Position numbers and translations under genes: made by a program. From Rhynchopus sp. YZ270_cl-10 (Eukaryota), in NCBI GenBank assembly GCA_964035575.1, contig OZ037834.1, positions 1,984,001-2,048,000 of the forward strand: 64,000 nucleotides of DNA. Reading direction: 5' to 3'. The notes below the pieces were generated by a model. The model was not told the DNA's origin, ran no database searches, and saw only the letters and a list, made by a program, of their open reading frames with translations. Below, piece after piece: positions 10,404 to 22,487 of this stretch (within the stretch, counting starts at the first letter, position 1; each line of letters begins with the position of its first letter).

Positions 10404-12770
10404 ATGGAAGATGAAGACTACATCCTCGAGGATTGCAGTGATATGAGCGAAGACGACGAAGGCCTTGAAGATAGTGACGAAATTGCGTCCGGGTTTATTG
10501 CCCGCGATATTGACAGCGCGATTAAAGGGCACGTTCAAGCGGAGCGGCCGTTTGAATGCATCACAATGGACACTGTGAGGGCAAGGCAGGAAACTGTGTT
10601 GACATATCTAAATGAATTGCTTCAGTTGAAGGAAGGCTCCGCGAGGTTGTTGTTGAGGCATTGTAAGTGGAGTCCTGACCGGCTGCAGGAACGGTACTTT
10701 GAGGACGAAGGGAAGTTGATGGAGGAGACCGGGGTGTGCTTTCACTCCGCTCCATACGTCCATGCGCCTGCGGCAGCGGCGTGCGACATCTGCCTCGAAA
10801 AGTGTGATGCCGACACGCTTGTTGCAATCGAACGGTGTGCGCACTTCAGCTGCACAGACTGCTTTGGGATGTACCTTGCGCACAGCATAGGTGGGCGTGG
10901 TAAAGAGGCGGTGTGCACGATGTGTCCGCAAAGGGGGTGTACCAATGTCTGTGACGTGGAGCTGGTCCGATATGTGTTGCAGAAGGCCACCCTGCACCAG
11001 CCCTATGAAGGGCGGAATGGAGCATTGTTGCTTCGGTATGCTTATTTTTTTTCCTTACACGTAGTGTTATTAGAAACTCGAGTAATAAAGCCAACGTTTA
11101 ATCGCCTGATACCGACTATTTTCTCCTCCCCTTTAAAAATCACTTGCGCCAAAATTCAGATCTCATACACTGTTTTTGGCTGCGTTCAACGAAAATAATC
11201 TTCCCCCCTTTTTCTAGTCGAGTAATCAAGATCAGTTGGCAACTGTAAGAGTCGAGTTTCACGAAGTAACTTAGGTTTGTATAACCTTACCTACTATTTG
11301 CTTTTTCTTTGGGTGTGTTTCTCTTTGATCGTAAAGTATATGCAGTTTATTTTGATGTTTCTGCATTTTTTTGTCCACATGAAACCCATCATACCACACA
11401 TTGGGCTATATTCTACGCAATCATTGCCATCCCGCCGCCACACAACACAAGAAAAGGATTACAGTGGAGTTCATCCTTGGGTGTCTACACTAATACAACC
11501 AAGTTTTCAAGAAAAGGCGAAACCCGGGTGTGCCCTCTCTTTTAAAGGGCCATATTCTGCGCAAGAATTACCCTCACTAGGCATCCCACCACAACACAAT
11601 ACAACACAACACAACAGATATCAAGAACTCCTCGAGGCCTCCTTCGTAGACGACAACCCATCCTACCAGTGGTGCACTGCTGCCAACTGCGAACGCATCA
11701 TCCACGTCCCCAACCTCAGCATCCTCCAGGCCAAGCCCCGCCAAGAGGACGCTGACGGCGAGTCCACAAGCACCTCACTGTTCCGCGCGGTCCGCTCCAT
11801 CCACAACGGCGGCGACAAAGACGTACGCCTCAAACGCCCCCTTGTCGTGGCCTGCGAATGCGGGCACACCTTCTGCTTCGCCTGCAAAGAGGCTGCCCAC
11901 ACACCTGCAAAATGTTATATGATTCAAAGCTGGCTCCGCAAGCAAGAAGACGAATCTGAAACAGCAAACTGGGTCCTCGCGAACACAAAACCCTGCCCTG
12001 GGTGCCAAGCGGCTATCGAAAAGAATGAGGGGTGCAACCACATTACGTGCCGGAGGTGTGGGTTTAACTTTTGTTGGGTTTGTGAGCAGGAGTGGTCCAA
12101 GCATGGGAGCAACTGGTATAAATGCAACTTTTATGCGTCGGATTCGAAGGAAAAGGAGGAGGACGAAGACAAGCGTACCTCTGCACGGTGCGAGCTGAAG
12201 CGGTACATATTCTACTTCACACGCTACCACAACCACGAACGCTCCAAACGCCTCGAAAAACGCGTCCTCGAAAACGTAGAGCGCAGCATTATTGACATCC
12301 AAAAGGCCTCCAGCGAAAAGCTTCACCACATCGAATACCTGAGAGAGGCAGCATCGCAGCTGCTCAACGCGCGAGATGTGCTCAAGAACTCTTACGTCTA
12401 CGCCTATTACCTCCAAGATGGCAAAGAGAAGTCTCTGTTTGAATACAACCAGGTATGCAAAAATGCTAGACTGCTGGGCCATTAGTTAGAAGTAGAGGGT
12501 TCTTAAGTTATCTACAAAAAGGTGAGTGCTTTAGGGTGTCAAAGGCTTAGTGGGGTTGATTCTCGGGGGGCCGATAGTAGGCAAAGTGTTCAAAAAAAAG
12601 GAATGAATCATATTACTACACAAAAAAAACAGTCGCAAGTTGAGCACAACACAGAGTGCCTCAGTCGTCTCCTCGAGCCAAAGAACCGCAAGGCAGGCAC
12701 AGTTCCTGATAGAGAGGAGTCCATCAATCAGTCGGTTCTGGTGAAGCGGAGCTTGGAACGGCTGCAGCAG
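10404..12770 (+). CDS. ARI1: Ariadne-family RBR E3 ubiquitin ligase, spliced: exons 10404-11035, 11618-12452, 12633-12770; a last exon probably starts near 12947 but is unresolved
   Basis: Acidic N-terminus, RING1 (CDIC..CAHFSCTDC..CPQRGC), IBR (WCTAANC..CECGHTFCFACKEAAHTPAKC), RING2 (TKPCPGCQAAIEKNEGCNHITCRRCGFNFCWVC) and Ariadne domain (LKRYIFYFTRYHNH..LKNSYVYAYY..FEYNQ/SQVEHNTECLS). The GTATGC...CAG introns 11036-11617 and 12453-12632 restore the frame exactly. Confidence 0.92.
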
Positions 12771-14051
12771 GTTTGTTTTTTTGTTCACCCCTCTTTTGTT
12801 ATGGGGTTTTTGCGCTTTTGCAACTTCTCTTTTTTTTTTTTTTTTTTTTGAAAAAATATTTTTCTACCATTTGTCGGAGCGGCGAAGTGTGCAAATAACA
12901 AAAATGGTTCTTATACCATTTGTCGGAACTACCACGTCCACCCCAGACGATGGACAATTCTGTTCTAGGTCGCTCAGACTTCTTCTTCCTCGGTTCCACG
13001 TCTATGACGGATATTAGTCTTTTCCGCCTCCTTTGCCAGCAGCATCTGGTTGAAGTCTGGGGGTCACTGCACTCTGTCAATGTCAATGACAAACAACGTT
13101 GCTGTTGCCGTTGCTGGGGGCCTGGGGCTTCGTTGTGGTTACTCGCCTTGTAGAGCTCAAGAATGTCCAGCTTCTCCAGGTTTCCGACACCCTTCCTTCT
13201 GGGACTTGGGGACGTAGGTGTGGTCTTCCACGCTGACTTGCTGCAGGAAGTTGGGGATCTCCAACAGAACAACTTCGAACGCGCACTCGTCGCTGCACAT
13301 TAACCGGCTCTCCTGCCAATTTTCTTCTTCCGCTTTTGTGGAAACCTTTCGCCACGAGCGGCCTCCTTTACACAAGCTAGCTATGACCACATCGCTGCGA
13401 CCAGCCTTGCAGCCGTAAATAGTGATGCACATACCTTGGTTTGTGTGTGAGGCCTGCACGCTTTCTTCTTCTTCTTCTTCTGTCTCATCATACCTTGGAG
13501 ACATCGACACCGTGCTACCACCCATCTGCGGGGTTGCGTCGCAGAGAACACTGTCATCGCATTCTCTTGGGGGTCCCAGAGAGTGCCATGAAGCTGAGTC
13601 ACTTGTGGCCCTGTAGCAGTGCACAGCACTGCTGTATGTAGTGTAATGGAATGGCATCATAGTCTCATATACATACCTTGTGAAATGTCCGTCGGCTCCA
13701 CGATCCCTTCTTCTTTCTCGCTATCATCATATCTCTGGCTCATGCTGTACCCGCTTCCCTCACTCTCTGTAATAATCCTTACGACCTCGCATGGTACCGA
13801 GCTATTGTTGTCCTCACTCCTACAGTTGTGTGCACATCCCCACTTTATTTTTCAAACTTTCAAACTTCTGTCCACCTCTCCATTACCTACTTTACACACA
13901 GGGAATATTCGATTCGGAATCGATGTGTGCGGATGCACTGTGAATAGGTTCTAACCACTAACCCCATTGGAGCATCTGCCCCCCAGCGTTTGGGTAAGGA
14001 TAAAAGAAGGAACGTTGATAAAAAAAAGACACCAAAAAAAGCATCTAACCT

Positions 14052-14514
14052 CAGGGCGAACAACGATCGTATTTTTGTTTTTTGTTTTTTTTTTTGTTTT
14101 TTGTTTTTTGTTTTTCGGAAAGGGAAGGCTCGTTTTTCCATTTAATGTTACAAAGTAACAATAAAGGGGGGGGAGGGGGTCCGACCGAAATCCGGGGAAA
14201 AAACTTTTTTTTTTTGTAACAATGGCGGGAAAAAGTGGCTTTTTCCAACAACAAGAACTTGTCCATTTCGGCAGATTGACCCCACCACAGTGCGGACGGA
14301 TTCCGGAAATGCAAATGCGGGTGTTTTCGGATGTGCACGTCCACTGCGCCTTGTTGTTACAATAAATGAAAATTCGGAAAAACGGTTTTTCCGTGTAACA
14401 TAGGGGGTGGGGAGGGGGGGGTCACCGGGAAAAATGGTTTATTGTTACTTTGTAACATTAAAAGGAAAAACGAGCCTTCCCAAAACGGAAAAAATAATGA
14501 TCGTTTTTCACACT
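14052..14514. mobile_element. MITE-like element with long inverted repeats
   Basis: gggaaggctcgtttttccatttaatgttacaaagtaacaataaa (~14122-14165) is near-perfectly inverted as tttattgttactttgtaacattaaaaggaaaaacgagccttccc (~14438-14481). Weaker complementarity extends to about 14052 and 14514. Confidence 0.7.
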
Positions 14515-14988
14515 TTTTATATGTCTAACAATAGAGGAAAAGCCGCACTATGAAAAAGAAAACCCCCCCAAGGAGACCTCACCCCCCTTTTTTTTGTCTC
14601 CCGACACACTCTTTTCCTCATTCCTTTTCTATCACCCCTTTGTAATGTACTTTGATTCCAAAGGGAGATTCAACCCAGAACCCACCACGCCGGTATAGTA
14701 TGTACCATGCATTGGGGCGGCTGTTCTGCCCCTTGCGGTTGCTATATCGCTGACTCAAGGAAAAAAGGATTGACCACCGTTGTGTGACTGTTCACGAGAG
14801 GGCTTTGTATTTCAACTCTACGTTTACTTCCACCCCCTCCCCCTCCCTCCCCCCACGAACGAACCAATTCAACAGAACTACTCCCACCACTACCACACAC
14901 ACACCCCCAGGGATAGTTCCCCCTCCTCCTCCCCCCCCCCCTCCTCCTCCCCCGCCTTTCCCCCCTAACATCGCCACATTCTTGCACC

Positions 14989-16632
14989 ATGTCGAAAGGG
15001 ATGGTACAGTTTGGCGGAACCTTCCAAGGCCTTCTGCACTACATCTACCGCGATATGCGAAAGCTAGGCGGCAGTGTTGTAACCGACTCCTTCAAGCAGC
15101 TTATGCTCACCACAGAACGTTTCATAGAGTCACGCACACAGGGCACCCTACGGCAGCTTGAGAAGGACTATTGGAACTTCGACCCGAGACGTTCAGTCGA
15201 CGCAGACCGAACAAAAATGAAGAACCTCGTTGCAAGCGAAGGCGTCAAAGGGACGCTGAACTACTATGCTACCAGAGAGGCAGCGTTCTTCCGTCACCTC
15301 TTTCACCTTCTTCATGCCTGCGGATTCAATCATATTAGCGTAAAGGATGTTGATGACGCGCGGTTCAAAAGCTTTGGCACGCACCGCTTTAAAGTGAACT
15401 ACCACTGGCTTAGCTCCAATATGATTAACGCAAACTGTATTTGCTCCAAGCTTCATGGAAAACTTCGTCCTGATACATTATCAACACCGGAGTCGGTTTT
15501 CGGCAATGCAGTGTCAATGTACGTCAGGGGGCGTGGTAGGGTGAAGACAGAAGGCTATTTTTATCTCGAAAAGGCGGAAGCATTGCAGGGCATGGTGTCG
15601 TCGAAGATATACTACGTGTTTTTGCAGCTCTTCCCGTATCTCTCCGAACTGCTTGATCCTGATGTGTACGGATGGGAAACTGCGTATCTCGAGAGACATG
15701 CACGTCTCAGAGCGTCAAAAGGAAAGCTCAGCGCGATCCACCAAGATATTACCACCCAACTTCTCGGGGATTTTTCATTGCGCCACCTTCTTGGCAAGGT
15801 GACCCTCAAGGAGGAAACGTTTAAAGACGTTGTTGTTGTCTTCCGTCGCCGTCGGCCAAGACAAGCTATCGACGTCCATTCGTTGTGGCGAACCGGAGGA
15901 GGGGTTTTTAATCCATACAACATCGTGGTGCGAAAGTACAAAGACGTGCCACGAAGTGACATTAAAGTGTTGATGCCTGAAAAACGGTACATCCATAAGC
16001 CAGCTGATTACGTTACGTTAGCGTCTTCGTTGACAGTTCTGTCGTACACCGTGATGCAGGCGGTGCTGATGGGGTGGTCCTGGTCCTTCCCACAGCTTTG
16101 CGTTGCAACTGCAGCAGGGGGATATGCCTATCGAATGGCGGTTAAATTGCAGGCCTCCGCGGCGAGGCATACGCAGCTAATGGATTCGCTGCGTGACCGG
16201 AATTTGACTTCAACCGGGATAGGTGCACTACATGATTTACACCATGATGGAAAAGCGGAGACGCTAAAGCTTGCGCTTCTTGTTTATTATGTGTTGATTA
16301 AGGCAGCGGATTTTGGGAGAAATGTGAATGCGTGTTGTGCATGGGATGGGGCAACGTTGGAAGACAAGGTGATCGCAGAACATCAATGCGCCACGCAATG
16401 GCATGCGGAGAAGTCTGGCTTTGGTAATACCATCGAAAGGCGTACCAGAGAGCGTACCTTTGTCTCCAGCGGGATTTTAGCCGAGCGTGTTACCTCAATG
16501 GATGACCTCGGTGGGGTAGGCCTCTGGACCTTCTCGAAAGATCCCGGCCCAAATGGAGAACTGAACCTCAAACCAGAGCTGCCATCGACTGCGCACTATA
16601 TACTCAAGGATAAATGGGCGAAGTTGATATAA
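14989..16632 (+). CDS. DUF3754 / TMEM143-like membrane protein
   Basis: 547-aa ORF after a C-rich tract. Motifs TLKEETFKDVVVVFRR and IVVRKYKDVPRSDIKVLMPEKR are followed by two hydrophobic helices, matching the DUF3754 pattern. Confidence 0.75.
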   Translation: MSKGMVQFGGTFQGLLHYIYRDMRKLGGSVVTDSFKQLMLTTERFIESRTQGTLRQLEKDYWNFDPRRSVDADRTKMKNLVASEGVKGTLNYYATREAAFFRHLFHLLHACGFNHISVKDVDDARFKSFGTHRFKVNYHWLSSNMINANCICSKLHGKLRPDTLSTPESVFGNAVSMYVRGRGRVKTEGYFYLEKAEALQGMVSSKIYYVFLQLFPYLSELLDPDVYGWETAYLERHARLRASKGKLSAIHQDITTQLLGDFSLRHLLGKVTLKEETFKDVVVVFRRRRPRQAIDVHSLWRTGGGVFNPYNIVVRKYKDVPRSDIKVLMPEKRYIHKPADYVTLASSLTVLSYTVMQAVLMGWSWSFPQLCVATAAGGYAYRMAVKLQASAARHTQLMDSLRDRNLTSTGIGALHDLHHDGKAETLKLALLVYYVLIKAADFGRNVNACCAWDGATLEDKVIAEHQCATQWHAEKSGFGNTIERRTRERTFVSSGILAERVTSMDDLGGVGLWTFSKDPGPNGELNLKPELPSTAHYILKDKWAKLI

Positions 16633-18054
16633 TCAGGAGAAATTTTTTTCTTCTTCTCACAAAAGGTGAGTAATAACTACCATTTTTGTTTTGTACGATG
16701 TGAGAGGTTTGTTTTGAATCTTCTCTTTGATTTTGATTTTTTTTTTCCACAAAGGTGACTAAGCACGAGAGGCTTAGGAGCATCTTATAAACTATTCTTT
16801 GGAGGGAGGTGAGGTGGAGGGGAAGGTCTGTAGGGTTGATCTAAAAAAAACTGAAGGGGGTTTGCTGGATCTTGGCGTGAAGCAAATTAACGCCAAGATT
16901 TTGTTTTTGTTTTGTTTCTGTAAGACTCTGTGATTTTTTTGTGCACATCGAACGACCGGGTCTGTTCCATTTTTAAAAGGTGGCTAAGCACAGAGAGGCT
17001 TAGGTTCATCTTATAAACTTTTCCCCTTTTTTTAATACTGAAGTATTCTCTCACCCTATCTGACTGTCTTATGACAGGGATCGATTCTCGTTTGATATGC
17101 GGCAAACGAAAAAGGTAGCCCCAACTTTGCGGAACACTGCCTCATGTCTTCTGCAATGTTTGTGGTTCTCACTTTCAAAAAAAACGAAAGGGTGCATGTG
17201 TCGACCCTCTCAAATACTTTCAATTCTGCGAACTGAAAGTATATGAATCTGATCATTTTCTTTTAGTGACTTTACGATACCAATGTAAAGCTCTTGACGT
17301 CGCATCTAACCAACTTTTTCTCTCATGCATTGCAATTTTTTTTATTACAGGTACACTGTCCCAAGAGGGCTTTGTACTCCAACTCTTTATTTTTGCACAA
17401 TGCGTGCACACACACAGAGAGATTCACCTTTTAAATGTTCCTTTTTTATTGTGCAAACAAAGGGCTTATGCTCTGTGGTAGGTGATATACGTGATACCCC
17501 TAGCCAACACACTACCCCGACCTACGTTTTTCGCGGACATATACGAGGGTCGACCTGACCCGCCCCATCCATTTTTTTTTTTTGTGCTTTCATCCGGATG
17601 GCTGGTATCGTGGTTAGCCGGAGGGTGCCTGCATCAAAAACTACTCTTTTTCTTTGTGCTACTGTATCGGAAGGATGTTCTGTACGAGGCCATGTATTAT
17701 TCATATTCCTGGTCTTTTTTTTGTCAACCCTTCCATTGTCTTATGTTATCGTGCCTGCGTCCGCCGGGTTGTACGGCGAGGTGTTTGCACTTCTCTTTCG
17801 TTGCCACCCTTATCTCTGTGGGCACCCTTATTCTTCTGCACGGCCCTCACAACACATCCCCATAACATATCCCCGATGCTACTCCACACGCCATCCCCTC
17901 CCTCTGGGACCCCCCCTCCTCAGCTAACAGAAACACCCCTTCGAAATCATCCTTTCCCCCCCAGCTAGCTCATCGTCCTCCCCCTCCCACAGAGTGGAAG
18001 CGGGCTCTATTTGGTACCCGGCGCTGGTCGGAGAACCACCACTGCGTCCGCCTT

Positions 18055-18159
18055 CACGACGGCGAAGTAAATAACTTGACGTGTGGTTTTACTGTTGTAA
18101 GCCAACGGTGAAGCCACAAAGTAAAACCACGAGTCAAAGTCATTTACTTCACTGTCGTG
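18055..18159. mobile_element. Small MITE with CACGAC termini
   Basis: cacgacggcgaagtaaat ... atttacttcactgtcgtg; almost the whole element folds back on itself. Confidence 0.65.
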
Positions 18160-18343
18160 TATGTACGGTGAGGTGTTTGCACCAACTTCTCTTTGGTATG
18201 GTCTGAAACCAACTATTTTGCCTTCAGAAGTCGATTACCCACGTCGACACTACAAAATCCCCCATTTTTTTGCGTCTCTCTCAACTATTTCACAACTCAG
18301 AGAAACACACAACCCCCTTATCCCCCCCCTCCCCTTCCTCGCC

Positions 18344-20122
18344 ATGCCCCCTACAACACCTACCGCCGACCTTGTTGGATGCAAACGCCGCTCCTTCGAG
18401 ATGATGGGCACCACAGGCTCCTCCAAGCGTGTGAAGGCCGACCCCACCTCCACTGAATCAAAGCAATGGCTTGCCCGCTCTGGGGCACGTGCCCAGCTCT
18501 ATGCTGCAGGGTATGCTGAAGAAGACTTCGCGAAGCCCACTGTCGCGGTCATCTCCCCTTATATGTCGAAGATTATGTGCAATCAAAACACATTGGATCT
18601 GACACAGCACAGTGGCACGCATCTAGAGGCGATGGGCGCGGTGCCGTTCATTTCGCACACCCCAGTGGTATCCGATGGCCAGACAATGGGCACAGCTGGA
18701 ATGCGTTATTCCTTGGTTTCCCGCGATATGATCGCAGATTGCGTAGAGTTGATGACCGAGTCATATGCATGCGATGCCGTCATGACCTTCGGAGGATGTG
18801 ACAAAACCAATCCCGGCGCATTAATGCCTCTCGCCCGAACCAACGCAATCGGAATCACATTGTACCCCGGAACAGCTGCATCAGGGGTTCTTCCAGGCAA
18901 ACCTGAGGTCCGTTTGACACCAGGTTCTGCATATGAGGCGACCGGAGCGTTCTCTGCTGGAGTAATAGACATCGAAGAGTTAGTTGCGGTCGAGAAAAAC
19001 GCATGCCCCGGGTCTGGTACGTGCAGTGGGATGTTCACGGCGAACACAATGTCTACCTGCATTGAGGCGTTGGGAATGGCGCTGCCGTACACCTCAACTG
19101 CGCCTGCGGTGAAGGATGGGGGGATCAGCCCGGAGGTGCGCGCAAATTGTGTTGCAACGGCAGACGCGTTGTTGGTGTTGCTGAAGAAGAATATTAGGGT
19201 GCGTGATATCATGACGAGGGCGGCGTTTCTGAATGCGGTGACGGTGATGTATGCTTTGGGGGGGAGTACAAATGGGGTGTTGCATTTGCTTGCATTGGCG
19301 GAGGAAGCTGGAGTGGAGTTGACCCTCAAGGACTTCAACGACATCGCCGAGAAGACCCCTTTAGTAGGCAACCTCAAACCCTTCGGGGCGTACAATGTCG
19401 TAGATTTGCATGCAATCGGCGGAGTCCCGCTCCTCATGAAAGAGCTTCTCGAGGCCAATCTCATCGATGGAAGCTGCCTCACCGTGACCGGGCGGACCGT
19501 AGCAGAGAACCTTGCTTCAGCACAGCCCAGAACCAAGCAGGACGTTTTGTACCCATTGTCGTCTCCATTGCAGCCACCGAAAAACCATATTTTAGTGTTG
19601 CACGGAAGCCTTGCACCAGGAGGCGCAGTAATCAAGATGACGGCAAAGAACATCACAGAGTGGACCGGAATTGCGCGGGTTTGTGACGGCGAAAAGGCGG
19701 CTCTCGCTTGTGTAGTAGATGGTGTGCTGCAGAAGGGTGAGGCGTTGGTGATCAGATACGAAGGGCCAAGCGGTGCGCCGGGGATGCCCGAAATGCTTGG
19801 ACCCGGTGCAGCTATGGTTGGCCGTGGTCTGGGGGCGGACTGCCCATTAATCACCGACGGGCGTTTCAGTGGTGCGTCACACGGTATCATGGTGGGCCAC
19901 GTCGTCCCAGAAGCTGCAAAAGGGGGTCCCATTGCGCTCTTGAAGACAGGCGACAAGGTGACCATCAACCTGTCGACATGCTCCCTATCACACCACCTCG
20001 CCAAGGCTGAGGTGGCACTCAGGCAAAAAGCCTGGTCTGCCCCCAAGCCTCATCAAGCAGGTGTGCTGCGTAGATACGCAGCAGCTGTGCAGGAGGCGTC
20101 TGTGGGTGCGGTGTTGAGGTGA
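18344..20122 (+). CDS. ilvD: Dihydroxy-acid dehydratase (IlvD/Edd family)
   Basis: Motifs [64 protein letters not shown] and [21 protein letters not shown]. The ATG at 18344 (MPPTTPT) follows the C-rich tract and is preferred over 18161. Confidence 0.95.
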   Translation: MPPTTPTADLVGCKRRSFEMMGTTGSSKRVKADPTSTESKQWLARSGARAQLYAAGYAEEDFAKPTVAVISPYMSKIMCNQNTLDLTQHSGTHLEAMGAVPFISHTPVVSDGQTMGTAGMRYSLVSRDMIADCVELMTESYACDAVMTFGGCDKTNPGALMPLARTNAIGITLYPGTAASGVLPGKPEVRLTPGSAYEATGAFSAGVIDIEELVAVEKNACPGSGTCSGMFTANTMSTCIEALGMALPYTSTAPAVKDGGISPEVRANCVATADALLVLLKKNIRVRDIMTRAAFLNAVTVMYALGGSTNGVLHLLALAEEAGVELTLKDFNDIAEKTPLVGNLKPFGAYNVVDLHAIGGVPLLMKELLEANLIDGSCLTVTGRTVAENLASAQPRTKQDVLYPLSSPLQPPKNHILVLHGSLAPGGAVIKMTAKNITEWTGIARVCDGEKAALACVVDGVLQKGEALVIRYEGPSGAPGMPEMLGPGAAMVGRGLGADCPLITDGRFSGASHGIMVGHVVPEAAKGGPIALLKTGDKVTINLSTCSLSHHLAKAEVALRQKAWSAPKPHQAGVLRRYAAAVQEASVGAVLR

Positions 20123-21020
20123 GAGGTGGGAGAGAGGGAAGGCAGCAAGTGATGGAAGTGGAGAGGGTGGAATTGAAATCGTTGTGTTTTTTTGGAGACC
20201 CGGAAAAAAAATGAGGGGTAAAAAAAGCCCATAACATAGAGTGGCGTAACCATTGTCTCAGGGGCAAAGATTATTGTCAATGCAAAATGGAATCTGTGTG
20301 TGTAATCTGTCTGTTCAGCATATTTTGCGTATAAAAGAAACGTGGTGTCGACCGTCCACAGAGGCGTTTGCACTTTCAGCTTTGCATTTTGTTTTATTTG
20401 GAGGTACACTGCCACGAGCGAGCTGTTGTATTTCAAGTCAACTTTTATTTTTTCAATCCAACGTTAACCTTTTCTTCCAAGCGTGAAGTGCCTGCATCAA
20501 TAACTACCATTTTGTTTGGCGACTGCGCACTAGATGCTCAGGGTCATCTTACCCCACGTTTCTTGTCTGTTGTCCGCCTGGTTGTACGATGAGGCATTTT
20601 GCGCTTTCAACTTCTGTTTCATTTGTTCTTTTCCCTTTGACTCCGTCGCCTAATAGGTGGCTACACTGAAAGCCATTTTTTTATTTTTTTGTTTTTTCGA
20701 TGCCACAGGGCTTTTCCTTGTCCTCGCTGCATCGGACAAAACCCCAAGCGTTTGTTACGTTGCTAGGGGCCGAGACATACAGTAGTGCCTGGTATTTTTT
20801 TCATTGGGGGAAACTAAGCACAATCAACAACTTAGGTTCATCGAACATAACTATTTTTTCCCCCATTTTTTAAAAAATCCAAGAGTGGTCTGCACATTCA
20901 CTTACTTTGTACTAAGGAGTAATACCATGAGGGGTTTTTTTGTGCCTGCATCCGTCGTTACACATTTAAATGAAGGATGCATGCAGGTCGAATATACTCC
21001 CTCCCCCCTCCCCCTCCCCA

Positions 21021-21208
21021 CACGACGGGGCCCAGTGACAAGTGACAAGTGAAAATGACAAGTGAAATGGGTGACAAGTAAATGACAAGTGAATGACAAG
21101 TGAGCCACTTGTCCACTTGTCATGACAAGTGATTTTCTATGGGGATATAGGCTATTCACTTGTCATGACAAGTGATTCACTTGTCACTTGTCATTGGGTC
21201 CCGTCGTG
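21021..21208. mobile_element. MITE with CACGACGG termini, internal TGACAAG arrays and 2-bp CA flanks (possibly CMC/EnSpm-like)
   Basis: cacgacggggcccagtgacaagtgacaagtga ... tcacttgtcacttgtcattgggtcccgtcgtg. More than 10 TGACAAG/CTTGTCA units; 'ca' on both sides. Confidence 0.75.
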
Positions 21209-21621
21209 CAACTCGCACTCGCAAAGAAATTCATTTCTTTAACTTATTCTAAAAACCCCCTCGCACACGACGCGGCCCAGCTCACAATTTTGACCACACA
21301 GTTACAGTGATTCCCTTAGTCATTTCACTCAAAAAGACAGACAGCGGAGCTCCGCAGACAACCACACTATTCCAACAAATTTTTCAAACAAAAAATAATA
21401 TAGTGGAACACACTCTAGGGTGGCTGCACTAATACAACCAAGTTTTCAAAAAAAGAAATACAACCAAAACCAATTGTCAGTTGTCGTTGAGCTGCGTCGT
21501 GCACCTTCCCCCCTCTGCGATTAACGTACAAAAAAAAAAAAAAGTTTCCCCACCCTTTTTCCCTCTCTCTCTTTACTCCTTTTTACCATCTAAGGGGCGC
21601 AAGAAGAAAATAAAAAAAAAC

Positions 21622-22116
21622 ATGAAAGAGGATGCCGTTCCCATTGATGGAGTGCAACCCAACGACGCCTCAGGGCTGTTCCCTGCAGCTAACGCATTTG
21701 ACGAGCTAGCAGAGCGGAATGCATACATCCTCAAGCTCGAAGAAACCCGTGGACGCCACAAGGCCTCCGGGTTTGACGAAATGGGTGACGACGCGCGGCT
21801 GCGCCCCTCTGTCATGTTTGACGATCTGCTTACCACACGAGATGCAGAGGTAGAAGCTACTCCTCTCGTGGAAAACCATGAAACAACCGATTTAGACTTA
21901 CCCCTTAAAGGCTTTGGACGCAAAGAGCTGGCAGAGGAGGAAGAAGAAGAAGACGAAGAAGAAGAGGACGAAGAAACCTCAGACGGTGATGATGCTGGGT
22001 ACACCGCAGTTGGAGAATGCCGAGGGGGAGGGGAGGAGGAGGAGGAGGATGAAGAAGAAGAGAACGATACACCGGAAGGCTACGGTGGCTTGGAGGAGGA
22101 GGGATCTGAAGAATAG
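21622..22116 (+). CDS. Small, highly acidic hypothetical protein (164 aa)
   Basis: ATG at 21622 (MKEDAVPIDG...), coding-like composition and long Glu/Asp runs. No recognisable domain. Confidence 0.55.
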   Translation: MKEDAVPIDGVQPNDASGLFPAANAFDELAERNAYILKLEETRGRHKASGFDEMGDDARLRPSVMFDDLLTTRDAEVEATPLVENHETTDLDLPLKGFGRKELAEEEEEEDEEEEDEETSDGDDAGYTAVGECRGGGEEEEEDEEEENDTPEGYGGLEEEGSEE

Positions 22117-22487
22117 AGGGGGAGTTTTTTTTTTGTCTTTGCATCTAGCCTTTTTAGAGTTGATTTTTGTGTTTTTTTACCTCCCCTTTTTTTTCGGACC
22201 CTATATTACACACCCCTTCCTTTGCAATGATCCCCATTCATCTACTGAGTGGAAGCGGGAGTAGCATATCAGATGCAAAACCACGAAATGGATGTAGGAG
22301 GTACAAGCCGGTCATTGTACCAAAGGTACACTGTCCACGAGAGGGCTTTTGTATTCCAAGCCAACCTTTACCACTCACCCCACCCTCCCCCCTTCCCCAT
22401 CCTTCCCTCCCCCTCCTCCTCCTCCTCCTCCTCCTCGCTTCCAAAATAAATAAACACTTCACATAACAGGGAGAGCGAAACGCTCCG

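Noticed and set aside
11277..11617. N-terminal 113 aa of the 402-aa ORF, and the tail of the 10404-11198 ORF
   Set aside because: Intron 1 sequence (11036-11617) containing repeats; splicing restores the Ariadne protein.
18161..18343. Upstream ATG for ilvD
   Set aside because: It lies at a MITE/R4 repeat junction upstream of the C-rich tract; homology-like sequence begins after 18344.
21034..21195. TGACAAG array and the dispersed hairpin repeats as a CRISPR-like array
   Set aside because: No constant repeat-spacer periodicity and no cas genes; the array is inverted halfway and bounded by TIRs, i.e. a MITE.
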